Source: Thermodesulfobacteriota bacterium
Lineage (GTDB): Bacteria > Desulfobacterota > Desulfarculia > Desulfarculales > Desulfarculaceae
Length of the DNA stretch: 51,326 nucleotides
Direction of reading: 5' to 3'
Assembly: GCA_040751985.1 (NCBI GenBank)
Contig: JBFMFU010000009.1
Coordinates: 1 to 51,326 of the forward strand
The notes under the pieces were generated by a model that made no database searches, was not told the DNA's origin, and worked only from the letters and a program-made list of their open reading frames with translations. Positions 17,686 through 27,544 of this stretch are shown here, piece by piece. Each line of letters opens with the position of its first letter. The first letter of the stretch is position 1. The translations under genes were made by a program, and so were the position numbers.

Positions 17686-18846
17686 TTAGAGCGCCTCCTC
17701 CTCTTCCTTCACGCCGATGGCCACCTTGTAGAGGATGGTCAGGATCAAGAGGCCGGTGGCGTACACGCCGAAGGTGATCATCAGCTCCAGGCCGGTGGGC
17801 GCGTACTCGGTGATCTCGTGCAGGGGGTTGGGCACGAAGCCGCCGGCGATCATACCCATGCCCTTGTCGATCCAGGTGCAGACGAACACCAGCACGCAGG
17901 CGACGGCCAGCACGGCGGGGTTCTGCCGGGTGCGCGGGTTGACCAGCAGGATGATGGCGACCACGCCGGAGGCCAGGGCCGTCCAGACCCAGGGCACCAG
18001 CATGCTGTGCCCGTGGTAGCCGAAGTAGAGGTACTCCAGGTGGGTCATGTGGCTGGGGATGGCGCTGTAGCCGACCGTGAACACCTCCAGCAGGAAGAAG
18101 AAGATGTGCAGGATGATGGCGTAGGTGACGATCTTGGCCAGGGTCTCGAAGGCCGCCTTGCCGGGGTCGAAGCGGGTGAGCTTCTTGACCAGGTAGCCCA
18201 GCAGGATCAGCACCGCCGGGCCCGCGGCGAAGGCCGAGGCCAGAAAGCGCGGGGCCATGATGGCGGTGAGCCAGTAGCCGCGGCCGGGCAGGCCGGCGTA
18301 GAGGAAGGCCGTGACCGTGTGGATGGACACCGCCCAGGGGATGGACAGATAGATGATGGGCTTGATCCACCCCGGCGGCGCCACCTGCTTGCGCTCGCAC
18401 TCCAGGGTCACCCAGCCGGCCACCAGGTTGATGATAAGGTAGCCATTCAAGACGATCATGTCCCAGAACAGCACCGAGTTGGGCGTGGGGTGCAGCATCA
18501 CGTTGAGGATGCGGGTCGGCTTGCCGAGGTCCACGGTGATGAACAGGATGCACATGATCACCGCGGCGATGGCCAGGAACTCGCCCAGGATGGTGATGCG
18601 GCCGAAGGTCTTGTAGTGGTGCAGGTAGTAGGGCAGCACCAGCATCACCGCCGAGGCGGCCACGCCCACCAGGAAGGTGAACTGGGCGATGTAGAAGCCC
18701 CAGGACACGTCCCGGCTCATGCCGGTGATGACCAGACCTTTGTTGTACTGCACCAGGTAGGAGCCGAAGCCGGCGGCGATGACCACCAGCAGGCCGATGA
18801 GCCAGGCCCAGTACAGCTTGCTTCCGCTTAACGCCTTCTCAAGCAT
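17686..18846 (-). CDS. dsrP: DsrP, NrfD/PsrC-family integral membrane quinone-interacting subunit of the DsrMKJOP complex
   Basis: About 10 predicted TM helices, NrfD-like. Last gene of the dsrMKJOP order. Confidence 0.85.
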   Translation of the reverse strand: MLEKALSGSKLYWAWLIGLLVVIAAGFGSYLVQYNKGLVITGMSRDVSWGFYIAQFTFLVGVAASAVMLVLPYYLHHYKTFGRITILGEFLAIAAVIMCILFITVDLGKPTRILNVMLHPTPNSVLFWDMIVLNGYLIINLVAGWVTLECERKQVAPPGWIKPIIYLSIPWAVSIHTVTAFLYAGLPGRGYWLTAIMAPRFLASAFAAGPAVLILLGYLVKKLTRFDPGKAAFETLAKIVTYAIILHIFFFLLEVFTVGYSAIPSHMTHLEYLYFGYHGHSMLVPWVWTALASGVVAIILLVNPRTRQNPAVLAVACVLVFVCTWIDKGMGMIAGGFVPNPLHEITEYAPTGLELMITFGVYATGLLILTILYKVAIGVKEEEEAL

Positions 18847-18854
18847 GACGACCT

Positions 18855-19625
18855 CTATACCAGGTAATAGACCTGGGGATTGGTGCCCAGGTTGGGTTTA
18901 CGCCGAATGCTGTAGCGCCCCCGCAGCACCTTGCGCAGATCGCTGCCGGCGTTGTTCACGTCGCCGAACACCATGGCCCCGCCGGAGGCCTCGGCGCAGT
19001 AGGGCAGCTCGCCCACCGCCAGGCGCTCGGTGCAGAAGTTGCATTTCTCCACCACGCCGCGGGAGCGGGTGGGGAACAGGGGGTACTCCTTCTTGATGAA
19101 GGGCCGCGGGTCCTGGAAGTTGAAGCTACGCGAGCCGTAGGGGCAGCCGGCCATGCAGAAGCGGCAGCCGATGCAGCGGTGGAAGTCCATCATCACCACG
19201 CCGTCGGCGCGCTGGAAGGTGGCCTTGGTGGGGCACACCCGCACGCAGGGCGGATTGTCGCAGTGGTTGCACATGGTGATGTAGCTCAGGCTGGCGTACT
19301 CTCCGGCCTGGGGGTTGTCCGTCTCCGGGAAGACGTTGACGTACGGCGCCAGCCAGATCCACTTGATGTTCTGCTTGCCGGGGATCTGGGGCACGTTGTG
19401 GTAGTAGTGGCAGGCCTCGGTGGCCGCCCGGGCCGTGGCCGGGGTGAACTTCTTCATGTCGATGGCCATGCCCCAACGCTGGCCCTTGAGGGCGCGGGGG
19501 TTGGGCGTCTCCTGGGCGGCGTCCAGCTGGCCCGGCCGCAGGAGCTGGAGACCCACCCCGCCGCCCAGGCCAAGGGCGACGGAGATTCCGGCGATCTTTA
19601 TGAACTCTCTCCTGTCAACGCCCAT
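18855..19625 (-). CDS. dsrO: DsrO, Tat-exported 4x[4Fe-4S] ferredoxin-like subunit
   Basis: Twin-arginine signal RREFIKIAGISVALGLGGG. CxxCxxCxxxCP clusters (CIGCRFCMAGCP, CNHCDNPPCVRVCP). Start at 19625 has a GGAG RBS and overlaps the dsrJ stop. Confidence 0.85.
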   Translation of the reverse strand: MGVDRREFIKIAGISVALGLGGGVGLQLLRPGQLDAAQETPNPRALKGQRWGMAIDMKKFTPATARAATEACHYYHNVPQIPGKQNIKWIWLAPYVNVFPETDNPQAGEYASLSYITMCNHCDNPPCVRVCPTKATFQRADGVVMMDFHRCIGCRFCMAGCPYGSRSFNFQDPRPFIKKEYPLFPTRSRGVVEKCNFCTERLAVGELPYCAEASGGAMVFGDVNNAGSDLRKVLRGRYSIRRKPNLGTNPQVYYLV

Positions 19626-20014
19626 CACTTTTTCTCCTTCGGCACCAGATGGCATTCCCAGCAGAACGGTGCCACGGCCAGGTAGTTGTGGCACTGGTCG
19701 CAGAACTTTTCCTTGCTGTCGTGGCAGCTCAGACAGGTGTTGGTCAGGCTCATGTTGAAGTGCTTGCCGTCGTCGGCGACGTACACGCGGTTGGCATCGC
19801 GCACCACCGAGTCGCGCCAGTCATTCAAGAGCTTCATGTGGCTGGCCCGCATGTAGGGCGTGGCGGCCACGCACTGCTTGGCCACGGTCTTGGCCGGCAG
19901 CACCGGCTTGGGCACCGGCGCCGCCTTGCCCCGATTGCTCCAGAAGGGGAAGGTGAAGATGAGCAGAAAGATGACCAGGCCTATGATTATCTTGCCGCCG
20001 TCGTAGAGCTTCAT
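19625..20014 (-). CDS. dsrJ: DsrJ, periplasmic triheme cytochrome c
   Basis: N-terminal membrane anchor plus CLSCH, CDQCH, CWECH heme-binding motifs. Confidence 0.85.
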   Translation of the reverse strand: MKLYDGGKIIIGLVIFLLIFTFPFWSNRGKAAPVPKPVLPAKTVAKQCVAATPYMRASHMKLLNDWRDSVVRDANRVYVADDGKHFNMSLTNTCLSCHDSKEKFCDQCHNYLAVAPFCWECHLVPKEKK

Positions 20015-21669
20015 TACTCCGCACCCTCCTCTCCGGCCTCCTCAGGGGCCTCTTCTTCGGCGGGGGGTTTGTAGGAGGGGTTTTCCTCGCCGCGCAGGTT
20101 GTATTCCCGGGGGCCCTGGCCTTCCATGACCAGGGCGTTGGCCACCAGCTCGCTGACGCCGCAGACGCCCACCCCCGGGGCCCAGTAGTCCATGGAGGCC
20201 GGCAGCACCGCGCGGTCGATGGCGCAGACGCAGGCCAGCATGTTCACGCCCTTATCCTCCTGCACCCGCTTGACCGCGTTGGCCCGGGGCAGGCCGCCGC
20301 GCAGGCGCATCTCCAGGTACTCGCCGGCGTTCAGGCCCGAGCCCGAGCCGCAGCAGAAGGTGTTCTCCCGGATCACCTGGGGAGCCATGTCCACGAAGTT
20401 GTTGCAGACGTTCTGGAGGACGTAGCGCGGCTCCTCTAAGAGGCCCATGCCGCGCGAGGTGTTGCAGGAGTCATGGAAGGTGACCGTGAAGTGGTCGTTC
20501 TGGCTGGGGTCCAGTTTGAGCTTGTTGTTTTTGATCAGGTCGGCGGTGAACTCGGTGATGTGCACCATCTTGGTGGCGGCGGCGTTGTCGAACACCGTGC
20601 CGGTGATGGGGCTGATGGGCTTCTCCAGGAAGTCGGCCGGGCCGTTGAGAGTGTCCATATACTGGTGCACCACGCGCCACATGTGGCCGCACTCGCCGCC
20701 CAGGATCCACTTGACCCCCAGGCGCTTGGCCTCGGCGTACATCTTGGCGTTGAGCCGCTTCATCATCTCGTGGGAGGTGAAGAAGCCGAAGTTGCCGCCC
20801 TCGGAGGCGTAGGTGGACCAGGTGTAGTCCAGGCCGATGTGCTCGAAGAGCAGCAGGTAGCCCATGAAGGTGAAGATGCCCGGCTCGGCGAAGATGTCGC
20901 CGCTGGGGGTGACGAAGAGTATCTCCGCCCCCTTGCGGTTGAAGCTGGGCTCGATGGTGACGCCCACGTACTCTTCGATGTCCGACAGCAGGAACTCGGC
21001 GTTCTCTTTGTAAGTGTGCGGCTTGAGCCCCAGATGGTTGCCGGTCATGAAGCAGTTGGCCACCGGCGAGGCGATCCAGTCGATGTTGCAGCCGATGAGG
21101 TTGATCAGCTCGCGGGCGATGATGGTGATCTCGGCGGTGTCGATGCCGTAGGGGCAGAACACGCTGCAGCGCCGGCACTCGGTGCACTGGAAGAAGTAGT
21201 AGAACCACTCCTTGATCACATCTTCGGTGAGCTTGCGCCCGCCGGCCAGCCGGCCCAGGATCTTGCCAGCGGTCTTGAACTCGCCGCGGTAGATGCTCCT
21301 GAGCAGCTCGGCCCGTAAGACCGGCATGTTCTTGGGGTCGCCGGTGCCGATGAAGAAGTGGCACTTGTCGGCGCAGGCCCCGCAGCGCACGCAGATGTCC
21401 ATGAACAGCTTGAAGCTGCGGAAGCGCTGCAGGCGCTCGGCGATGCCTTCGCGGATGGTGCCCTGCCAGTCGGCGGGCAGCTTCCAGTCGTCGTCGGTGG
21501 GCGACCATTCCCGGGGATTGGGCAGACCCACCGTCTCCAGGGCCGAAGGCTTGGCCGCGTAAAGGAAGCTGCCCGGCTTGAACTCCGGCTTGGTGTCCAT
21601 CCAGGCCTGGCGCGGCGGATGGTGGTTGATCTGGCCGACTACTTCCGGACTAGGAGTCTTGGCAGCCAT
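20014..21669 (-). CDS. dsrK: DsrK, HdrD-like CCG-domain Fe-S catalytic subunit
   Basis: CVRCGACADKCHFF and CTECRRCSVFCPYG ferredoxin motifs plus CCG-type Cys-rich domain. About 550 aa. Confidence 0.9.
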   Translation of the reverse strand: MAAKTPSPEVVGQINHHPPRQAWMDTKPEFKPGSFLYAAKPSALETVGLPNPREWSPTDDDWKLPADWQGTIREGIAERLQRFRSFKLFMDICVRCGACADKCHFFIGTGDPKNMPVLRAELLRSIYRGEFKTAGKILGRLAGGRKLTEDVIKEWFYYFFQCTECRRCSVFCPYGIDTAEITIIARELINLIGCNIDWIASPVANCFMTGNHLGLKPHTYKENAEFLLSDIEEYVGVTIEPSFNRKGAEILFVTPSGDIFAEPGIFTFMGYLLLFEHIGLDYTWSTYASEGGNFGFFTSHEMMKRLNAKMYAEAKRLGVKWILGGECGHMWRVVHQYMDTLNGPADFLEKPISPITGTVFDNAAATKMVHITEFTADLIKNNKLKLDPSQNDHFTVTFHDSCNTSRGMGLLEEPRYVLQNVCNNFVDMAPQVIRENTFCCGSGSGLNAGEYLEMRLRGGLPRANAVKRVQEDKGVNMLACVCAIDRAVLPASMDYWAPGVGVCGVSELVANALVMEGQGPREYNLRGEENPSYKPPAEEEAPEEAGEEGAE

Positions 21670-21670
21670 G

Positions 21671-22738
21671 TCACTCTTCCTTCTTCTCTTCAGCCGCCGG
21701 AGCCGCGGGCTCCTCGGCCGTTGTCTCTCTTTCCACCGGTAGGCCGGCCCCGATCATCTCCTCCCGGAAGTCATCCTCGTACTCGTGGTAGTCGTGGGTC
21801 TTGACCGGGTAGTTCCAGGGGTTGACGTGGCGCACGCTGCGGCTGTTGTTGACCAGGTTGCGGGTGGGGCTCAGGAACACCCCACCCAGGTGCATCAGCT
21901 TGCTGAAGGGGAAGTAGGCGATCAGCACGCAGACCAGGAACAGGTGCACGTAGAACCACACGCTCACGCCCTGGGGCACCACCGGATGGAAGGTGGCCAG
22001 ACCCATGGCCAGCTCCTTGATGGAGACCACGTCCACGCGCACGATGTAGCGCATCAGGATGCCGGTGAGGCCGATGCCGATGATCAAAAACAGGGGGAAC
22101 CAGTCCGCGGCCAGGGACAGGTAGCGCACCTGGGGGATGACTATGCGCCGCAGCAAGAGCAGGCTCACCCCGCCCATCAGCACCAGGCCGCTGAGCTGGA
22201 TGGTGGGCAGGCCGATGCCGATGAAGGCCAGGTTGAACTCCAGGAAGCCGTCCAGGGACTCCAGGGCGGCCAGGACCTTGGGCACCGGCTCCAGGAAGAA
22301 GCGCGCGTGCCGGATCAACACCGTCAGGAAGGCGTAGTGGAACATGATGGCGAACAGCCAGAGGAACTTCTCTGAGCTGTAGCGGATCTTGGGCCCCTGG
22401 CGGTAGTCCAGCTTCATGTTGCGGAACAGGCTGCGGAAGGTGAGGACCTCGAAGGCCATCCGCAGAAGGACCGCGCCCCCGCTGCAGGGGTTGTCGATCT
22501 TGTTTGGCTTGATCCAGGGGAGCGATTTCTCCTGGCCGCAGGTGGTGGGGATGCGGAACGGCACCGGGGAGCGCGACCAGTCCAGGACCTTGTAGGCCAA
22601 TCCTGCGAAGAAGGTGAGCAGCGCCGCGTAGGGCACGATCACCCCGAACAGGATCCTAAGGTCCAGCCCCCAAGCACCTCCCACAGCTATCCCCACGAGG
22701 GCCAGCACTGCGACTATGCTCAAAAGGAAACCAATCAT
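21671..22738 (-). CDS. dsrM: DsrM, NarI-type membrane dihaem cytochrome b
   Basis: Multi-TM protein with conserved His pairs, NarI/HdrE-like. First gene of the operon. Confidence 0.85.
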   Translation of the reverse strand: MIGFLLSIVAVLALVGIAVGGAWGLDLRILFGVIVPYAALLTFFAGLAYKVLDWSRSPVPFRIPTTCGQEKSLPWIKPNKIDNPCSGGAVLLRMAFEVLTFRSLFRNMKLDYRQGPKIRYSSEKFLWLFAIMFHYAFLTVLIRHARFFLEPVPKVLAALESLDGFLEFNLAFIGIGLPTIQLSGLVLMGGVSLLLLRRIVIPQVRYLSLAADWFPLFLIIGIGLTGILMRYIVRVDVVSIKELAMGLATFHPVVPQGVSVWFYVHLFLVCVLIAYFPFSKLMHLGGVFLSPTRNLVNNSRSVRHVNPWNYPVKTHDYHEYEDDFREEMIGAGLPVERETTAEEPAAPAAEEKKEE

Positions 22739-22758
22739 GGACTGCTACCTCGTTTTGG

Positions 22759-23307
22759 TTAGCCTTGCCGGTTGGCGTCGTTATCTTGCCGGCCTCGGCC
22801 GGGTTTTTCCACCAATATTTCGGCGCGCCGCAGCAGAAGATAGGCGTTCTGCTGCACCTCCTTGGCCTTGATCTCGTAGACCTTCTCCCGGCAGGCCATG
22901 TACACGTCGAAGGCCACCAAGGCCATCATGTCTATGCTGGCCTCCAGGTCCACCAGCTCCTGCTCCAGGGCCTCGCTGTCTATCTCCTGGCCGATCTGTT
23001 CGCGGATGATGTACTTGAGGGCGAAGACGAAGGCCAGGGCCTGGGAGGGGGAGAAGTCCTGGATGGCCCGCACCCGGACGATGCGGTCCAGGAAGGGCGT
23101 CACCTTTTCGCGGTCGACGCCCTGCAAGAGCTGCTGGAACAGGTTGTCGGTCTCGGCCAGGATGGTGTAGCCCACCGGGTTGTGGTACTGGTCACGCTTG
23201 CTGCGCAGGAACTGGGCCGTCTCCGCGGGGTAGGTCTCCACGATGGAATCCACCCACCGTTTGAGAATGGCGGGCTTGTGCTTGGCCAGTATGGTGAAAA
23301 TTTTCAT
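22759..23307 (-). CDS. hypothetical cytoplasmic protein (RsbRD_N-like helical domain?) immediately upstream of dsrM
   Basis: 182 aa, no TM. A 21-bp gap to dsrM suggests co-transcription. Family call is weak. Confidence 0.4.
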   Translation of the reverse strand: MKIFTILAKHKPAILKRWVDSIVETYPAETAQFLRSKRDQYHNPVGYTILAETDNLFQQLLQGVDREKVTPFLDRIVRVRAIQDFSPSQALAFVFALKYIIREQIGQEIDSEALEQELVDLEASIDMMALVAFDVYMACREKVYEIKAKEVQQNAYLLLRRAEILVEKPGRGRQDNDANRQG

Positions 23308-23605
23308 AAGCGCGTTACCGTACTCGGCCCGCCTGTTGCGGGGGCCTGCTGTCCGCCTCGTATAGAGCCTGCCTTCCTGCGCCGGGAAGTATAGGCAATT
23401 ATTAGTACAATAGAATAGTTAGCGCCTGAACGTCAGTGGAAATACTTATCACAAGCGCCAACGACACGTCAAGCTTTAAGGCTAGGGGTACAAACCGGTT
23501 AGGAGGCCTGGCGGCCGCAGGCCTGGCCAGGAGCGGCCGCGGTCTTTACAATGAAAGGCAGCCGGCCCCGGGCGGGTCATTCCCCTCGCAGCCAGGGAGC
23601 GCGAC

Positions 23606-24223
23606 ATGGTGCTATACAAGGGCGTCAACCACTTGGCCATGGCCACCGGCGACATGCCGGCCACCATCCGTTTCTGGCGGGATCTACTAGGTCTGCGCCT
23701 GGTGGTGGGGCTGGGTAAGCCCGGTTATCGCCACTACTTTTTCGAACTGGGCCCGCATGACTTCATTGCCTTCTTCGAGTGGCCAGGGGTGGAGCCCATA
23801 GCGGAGAAGGACCACGGCGTGCCTGTGCAGGGACCCTTCGCGTTCGACCACGTGTCCCTGGGCGTGGGGCGGCGCCAGGACCTCTGGGAGATCAAGGACC
23901 GGCTGGAGGCGGCCGGGTTCTGGGCCAGCGAGGCCATCGACCACGGTTTCATCCAGTCGGTGTACTCCTTTGACCCCAACGGCATCGCCATCGAGTTCTC
24001 CTGGGAGGTGCCCGAGGTGGCCCCGCGCCGGCATCCGGTCATGGCCGACCGCCACCCCGCGGCCGAGGCCCTGGAGGGCCCGGAGCCCCAGGCTGGGCAC
24101 TGGCCAGCGGTGAGCCAGCCCACTCCGCCCGAGGACCAGGTGGTCTACCCCGGCGAGGGCGATGTGGTGCGCGACCCCAGCCGCAATCACTGGGCCGGCC
24201 AGAAAGCTGAAGGCGATTCATAG
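23606..24223 (+). CDS. VOC-family (glyoxalase/bleomycin-resistance/dioxygenase fold) protein
   Basis: GVNHLAMATGD...HVSLGV, paired beta-alpha-beta-beta-beta modules. Confidence 0.6.
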   Translation: MVLYKGVNHLAMATGDMPATIRFWRDLLGLRLVVGLGKPGYRHYFFELGPHDFIAFFEWPGVEPIAEKDHGVPVQGPFAFDHVSLGVGRRQDLWEIKDRLEAAGFWASEAIDHGFIQSVYSFDPNGIAIEFSWEVPEVAPRRHPVMADRHPAAEALEGPEPQAGHWPAVSQPTPPEDQVVYPGEGDVVRDPSRNHWAGQKAEGDS

Positions 24224-24224
24224 G

Positions 24225-24253
24225 TTGACACCACTGCGGCCCAATCCTATACT
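24225..24253 (+). promoter_or_regulatory. near-consensus sigma-70 promoter (TTGACA-17bp-TATACT) followed by a roughly 290-nt leader before the dehydratase-like operon
   Basis: ttgaca at 24225-24230, 17-bp spacer, tatact at 24248-24253. Confidence 0.5.
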
Positions 24254-24548
24254 GCCGGGAATCCCGCCGAGTTAGCCCGGATTTTTCATGAGGGCTGGGC
24301 GATATTGTTATTTTGGCTTCATCCACGCAGCGGTTAAGGAAAATCGTTGTAATCGGCGGGGTAAGGTTTGCACCCTGGCCCTGCACAGCCAGCCGCCGGC
24401 AGACAAGGCGTCTGGCAAGCGAGCGCCGCAGGTGTAGCCAAAGCTACATCGAGGCGCGAGTGAAGCCGGCAACGCAGTATGCCGGCGGCTGGCGAAGCCG
24501 GACGCCCGGCCCTCATGAAATATCCGGGCTCAGCCCTCTGCCCCTGAG

Positions 24549-25652
24549 GTGAAGATGAACGCGCAACCCCTGGCCATACCCAGCCGCAGCGACTACCTGA
24601 CCGTCCAGAAACAGCGCGGCCGCAAGGTGCTGGGCGTCTTTCCCGCCCAGTATCCTAGGGAAATACTCTGGGCCCACGACATCGCGCCCATGGAGATATG
24701 GGACCCGCCCCTGGAGCCGGGCTCGGCCCCGGCCCATTTGCAGCCCTACATCTGCGCGGTGGTGCGCCAGGGCCTGGAGCTGGTGCTGCGCGGCGGGGCG
24801 GCGCGGCTGGACGGCCTGCTGGTGCCCCACACCTGCGACTCTCTGCAGAACCTGGCCTCGCTGCTCAAGGACTACCTGGAGCTGGCGGTGCCGGTGATGT
24901 TCTTCTACCACCCCAAGGAGCCCTTCCGGGCCTCGGCCCGCACCTACTACCGCCGGCAGTTAGAGCTGCTGGACCAGAAGCTGGCCCAGCGCTTCGGCCC
25001 GCGCCGGGACGGCGCCCTGGAGCAGGCCGTGGCCTGGGGCCAGAAGATCGCCGCGCTGGCCGGCCAAGCCTATAGCCTGCGCGCCCAGGGCCAGCTCAAC
25101 GCCCCGGCCGCGGAGTTCTACCGGGTGCTGCGGGCCGGCGAGTACCTGCACCCCGAGGACTTCATCCCGCTCTTGGAGCAGTTCCTGGCCGCGACCCAGG
25201 GACCGGCTCCGGCCGGGCCGGTGGTGCTGCTCTCGGGGGTGCTGCCCAACCCCAAGGAGCTGCTCAGCCTGCTGGATGAGCAGGGCGCCCGGGTGGGGCA
25301 CGACGACTTCCTGAGCCTGAGCCGCCGGCTGCTGGGCCCGGCCAGCCAGTCCGCCGATCCCATGGACGCCCTCAGCGAGCAGTACTTCGCCCTGCCGCCC
25401 TGCTCCTCGCGGGGCTCGGCCATCTCCGCCCGCCTGGAGTGGCTCAAAGGCCTGGCCCAGGCCAGCGGCGCGCGGGGGGTGATATTCTATGTGGTGAAGT
25501 TCTGCGAGCCGGAGCTGTTCGACGTGCCGCCCCTGGCGGCCGGGCTCAAGGAGCAGGGCCTGGCCACCCTGTCCCTGGAGGTGGAGCTGAACCAGGGGGT
25601 CAGCGGCCAGATCGCCACCCGGGTGGAGGCCTTTTTGGAGATGCTGTCATGA
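24549..25652 (+). CDS. 2-hydroxyacyl-CoA dehydratase family subunit (HgdB/HadC-like)
   Basis: 367 aa. Family-typical Cys positions. Stop overlaps the next start (ATGA at 25649-25652). Confidence 0.65.
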   Translation: MKMNAQPLAIPSRSDYLTVQKQRGRKVLGVFPAQYPREILWAHDIAPMEIWDPPLEPGSAPAHLQPYICAVVRQGLELVLRGGAARLDGLLVPHTCDSLQNLASLLKDYLELAVPVMFFYHPKEPFRASARTYYRRQLELLDQKLAQRFGPRRDGALEQAVAWGQKIAALAGQAYSLRAQGQLNAPAAEFYRVLRAGEYLHPEDFIPLLEQFLAATQGPAPAGPVVLLSGVLPNPKELLSLLDEQGARVGHDDFLSLSRRLLGPASQSADPMDALSEQYFALPPCSSRGSAISARLEWLKGLAQASGARGVIFYVVKFCEPELFDVPPLAAGLKEQGLATLSLEVELNQGVSGQIATRVEAFLEMLS

Positions 25653-26971
25653 GCCTGGCGGACAAGGCGCGCTATCAGTTCATGAAGGACCTGGGCGCCC
25701 CGGCCCTGTTCGCCCTGAATAAGTCCGCGGCCCGCAAGAAGCGCCGCCCGCGGCCGGCCAACCCGGACCTCGGCCCGCCCCTGGCCTGCGCCGGCCGCCT
25801 GAAGGAGATCATGGCCCGCCACTACTACCTGGCCCGCTTCGCCAAGGGGGCCCGGCCCGTGGCCTGGGTCACCAGCGGGGCGCCGGTGGAGCTGCTCAGG
25901 GCCTTCGGCTACTACACCCTCTACCCGGAGAACCACGGCGCCCTGTGCGGGGCCCAGAAGATGGGGCCCGAACTGTGCCAGGCGGCCGAGGAGCAGGGCT
26001 TCAGCCCGGACCTGTGCTCCTACGCCCGGGTGGACCTGGGCCACTTCTTCAGCCGCAAGACCCCGGCCGGCCGCCTGCCCCGGCCGGACCTCTTGTTCTG
26101 CTCCAACAACATCTGCCAGACCGTGCTGTACTGGTACAAGGTGCTGGCCCACTACCTGAAGATACCCCTGGTCCTGTTCGACACGCCCTTCCACTTCGAC
26201 GAGTTCAGCCAGGCGGACATAGACTACATGGCCGGCCAGATCCAGGAGATGATCCCGCAGCTGGAGCAACACTCGGGCCGGCGCTTTGACGAGGCCTACT
26301 TCCGCGAGGTCACCGAGCTCTCCCGCGACGCCAGCCTGCTCTGGGGCCAGTGCCTGGCCACCATGAAGGCCCGGCCCGCGCCCATGACCATCTTCGACGC
26401 CTTCATCCACCTGGCGCCGGTGGTGTCCCTGCGCGGCCTGCCCGTGGCCCGGGAGTACTACAAGATTCTTTTGGCCGAGTTAGAGGACCGGGTGGCCAAG
26501 GGCATCGGGGCCCTGCGGCAGGAGAAAAAGCGCCTGATGTGGGACAACATCGCCATCTGGTACAAGGTGCGCGACTTCTCTAACCTCTTTGCCAGCCGGG
26601 GCATGAACTTCGTGGTGGCCACCTACACCAACGCCTGGGCCGAGACGATCCAGTACCTGAACCTGGACGACCCCTTCCAGTCCGTGGCCCAGACCTATGG
26701 CCTGGTGATCCTCAACAACAGCCTGGAGCACCGGCTGCAGCTCATGTCCCAGATGGTCCAGGACTACTCGGTGGACGGCCTGGTGCTGCACTCGGCCCGC
26801 TCCTGCAAGCCCTACTCCGTGGGCCAGTACGACCTCAAGCGGCTCATCAGCCACCGCCTGGGCATCCCGGCGGTGGTGATCGAGGCCGACATAACCGACT
26901 ACCGCATGTTCTCCGAGGAGCAGGCCGCCACCCGGCTGGAGGCCTTCTTCGAGGCCCTGGAGGCGGACTGA
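25649..26971 (+). CDS. 2-hydroxyacyl-CoA dehydratase family subunit (HgdA/HadB-like)
   Basis: MSLADKARYQFMKD... 441 aa. The ORF-track N-terminal extension (from 25439) overlaps the upstream gene, so the start at 25649 is preferred. Confidence 0.65.
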   Translation: MSLADKARYQFMKDLGAPALFALNKSAARKKRRPRPANPDLGPPLACAGRLKEIMARHYYLARFAKGARPVAWVTSGAPVELLRAFGYYTLYPENHGALCGAQKMGPELCQAAEEQGFSPDLCSYARVDLGHFFSRKTPAGRLPRPDLLFCSNNICQTVLYWYKVLAHYLKIPLVLFDTPFHFDEFSQADIDYMAGQIQEMIPQLEQHSGRRFDEAYFREVTELSRDASLLWGQCLATMKARPAPMTIFDAFIHLAPVVSLRGLPVAREYYKILLAELEDRVAKGIGALRQEKKRLMWDNIAIWYKVRDFSNLFASRGMNFVVATYTNAWAETIQYLNLDDPFQSVAQTYGLVILNNSLEHRLQLMSQMVQDYSVDGLVLHSARSCKPYSVGQYDLKRLISHRLGIPAVVIEADITDYRMFSEEQAATRLEAFFEALEAD

Positions 26972-26994
26972 GCCCCGCCAGTAAAGGAGACCCG

Positions 26995-27531
26995 ATGCCG
27001 CTGATCAACGTGGTGCCCCCGGACAAGGCCGAAGGCAAGGTCAAGGAGGGCTACGCCATCTTCAAGCGCCTGGGCATGGTGCCGGCCCCTTTCCAGATGT
27101 ATAGCTCCTCGCCGGAGCTGGTGGACCTGCGCCGGCAGACCATCACCTACTTCATGAGCCACCCTACCCTGAGCCCGCCCCTGCTGGCCCTGATCCGCAT
27201 GCTGGTGGCCGAGGAGCTGAAGTACTACTACTGCATCTCCCTCAACCGCGAGATCCTCAAGATGGCCGGCATAGAGGACGAGGACGCCGCGGCCAGGATT
27301 CTGGCCGACCCGGCCAGCGCGCCCCTGAGCGACAAGGACAAGGCCATGCTCCTGTTCGTGCTCAAGGCGGTCAAGACCCCGGACGCGGTCACGGCCGAGG
27401 ACGTTGAGGGGCTGCGGGCCCTGGGCTGGAGCGACCGCGACATCCTGGACGCCACCGAGCACGGCGCGGGCATGGTTCGCGACGGTATCCTGTTCAAGGC
27501 CTTCCAGATGGACCAGGCCCCGGCCTGCTGA
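26995..27531 (+). CDS. carboxymuconolactone-decarboxylase/AhpD-like family protein (tentative)
   Basis: 178 aa helical protein inserted between the dehydratase subunits and the activase. Assignment is weak. Confidence 0.4.
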   Translation: MPLINVVPPDKAEGKVKEGYAIFKRLGMVPAPFQMYSSSPELVDLRRQTITYFMSHPTLSPPLLALIRMLVAEELKYYYCISLNREILKMAGIEDEDAAARILADPASAPLSDKDKAMLLFVLKAVKTPDAVTAEDVEGLRALGWSDRDILDATEHGAGMVRDGILFKAFQMDQAPAC

Positions 27532-27544
27532 AAAGGACCAGCCC

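Noticed and set aside
17570-18831. Long ORFs on both strands overlapping dsrP (17570-18553 -, 17818-18831 +)
   Set aside because: Alternate-frame or antisense artifacts of GC-rich coding DNA (His/Gly/Asp/Pro/Arg-rich, no domains). dsrP in the third frame has clear membrane-protein character.
20471-21508. 345-aa minus-strand and 281-aa plus-strand ORFs inside dsrK
   Set aside because: Alternate frame or antisense of the well-conserved dsrK reading frame. Low-complexity R/P/H/G-rich.
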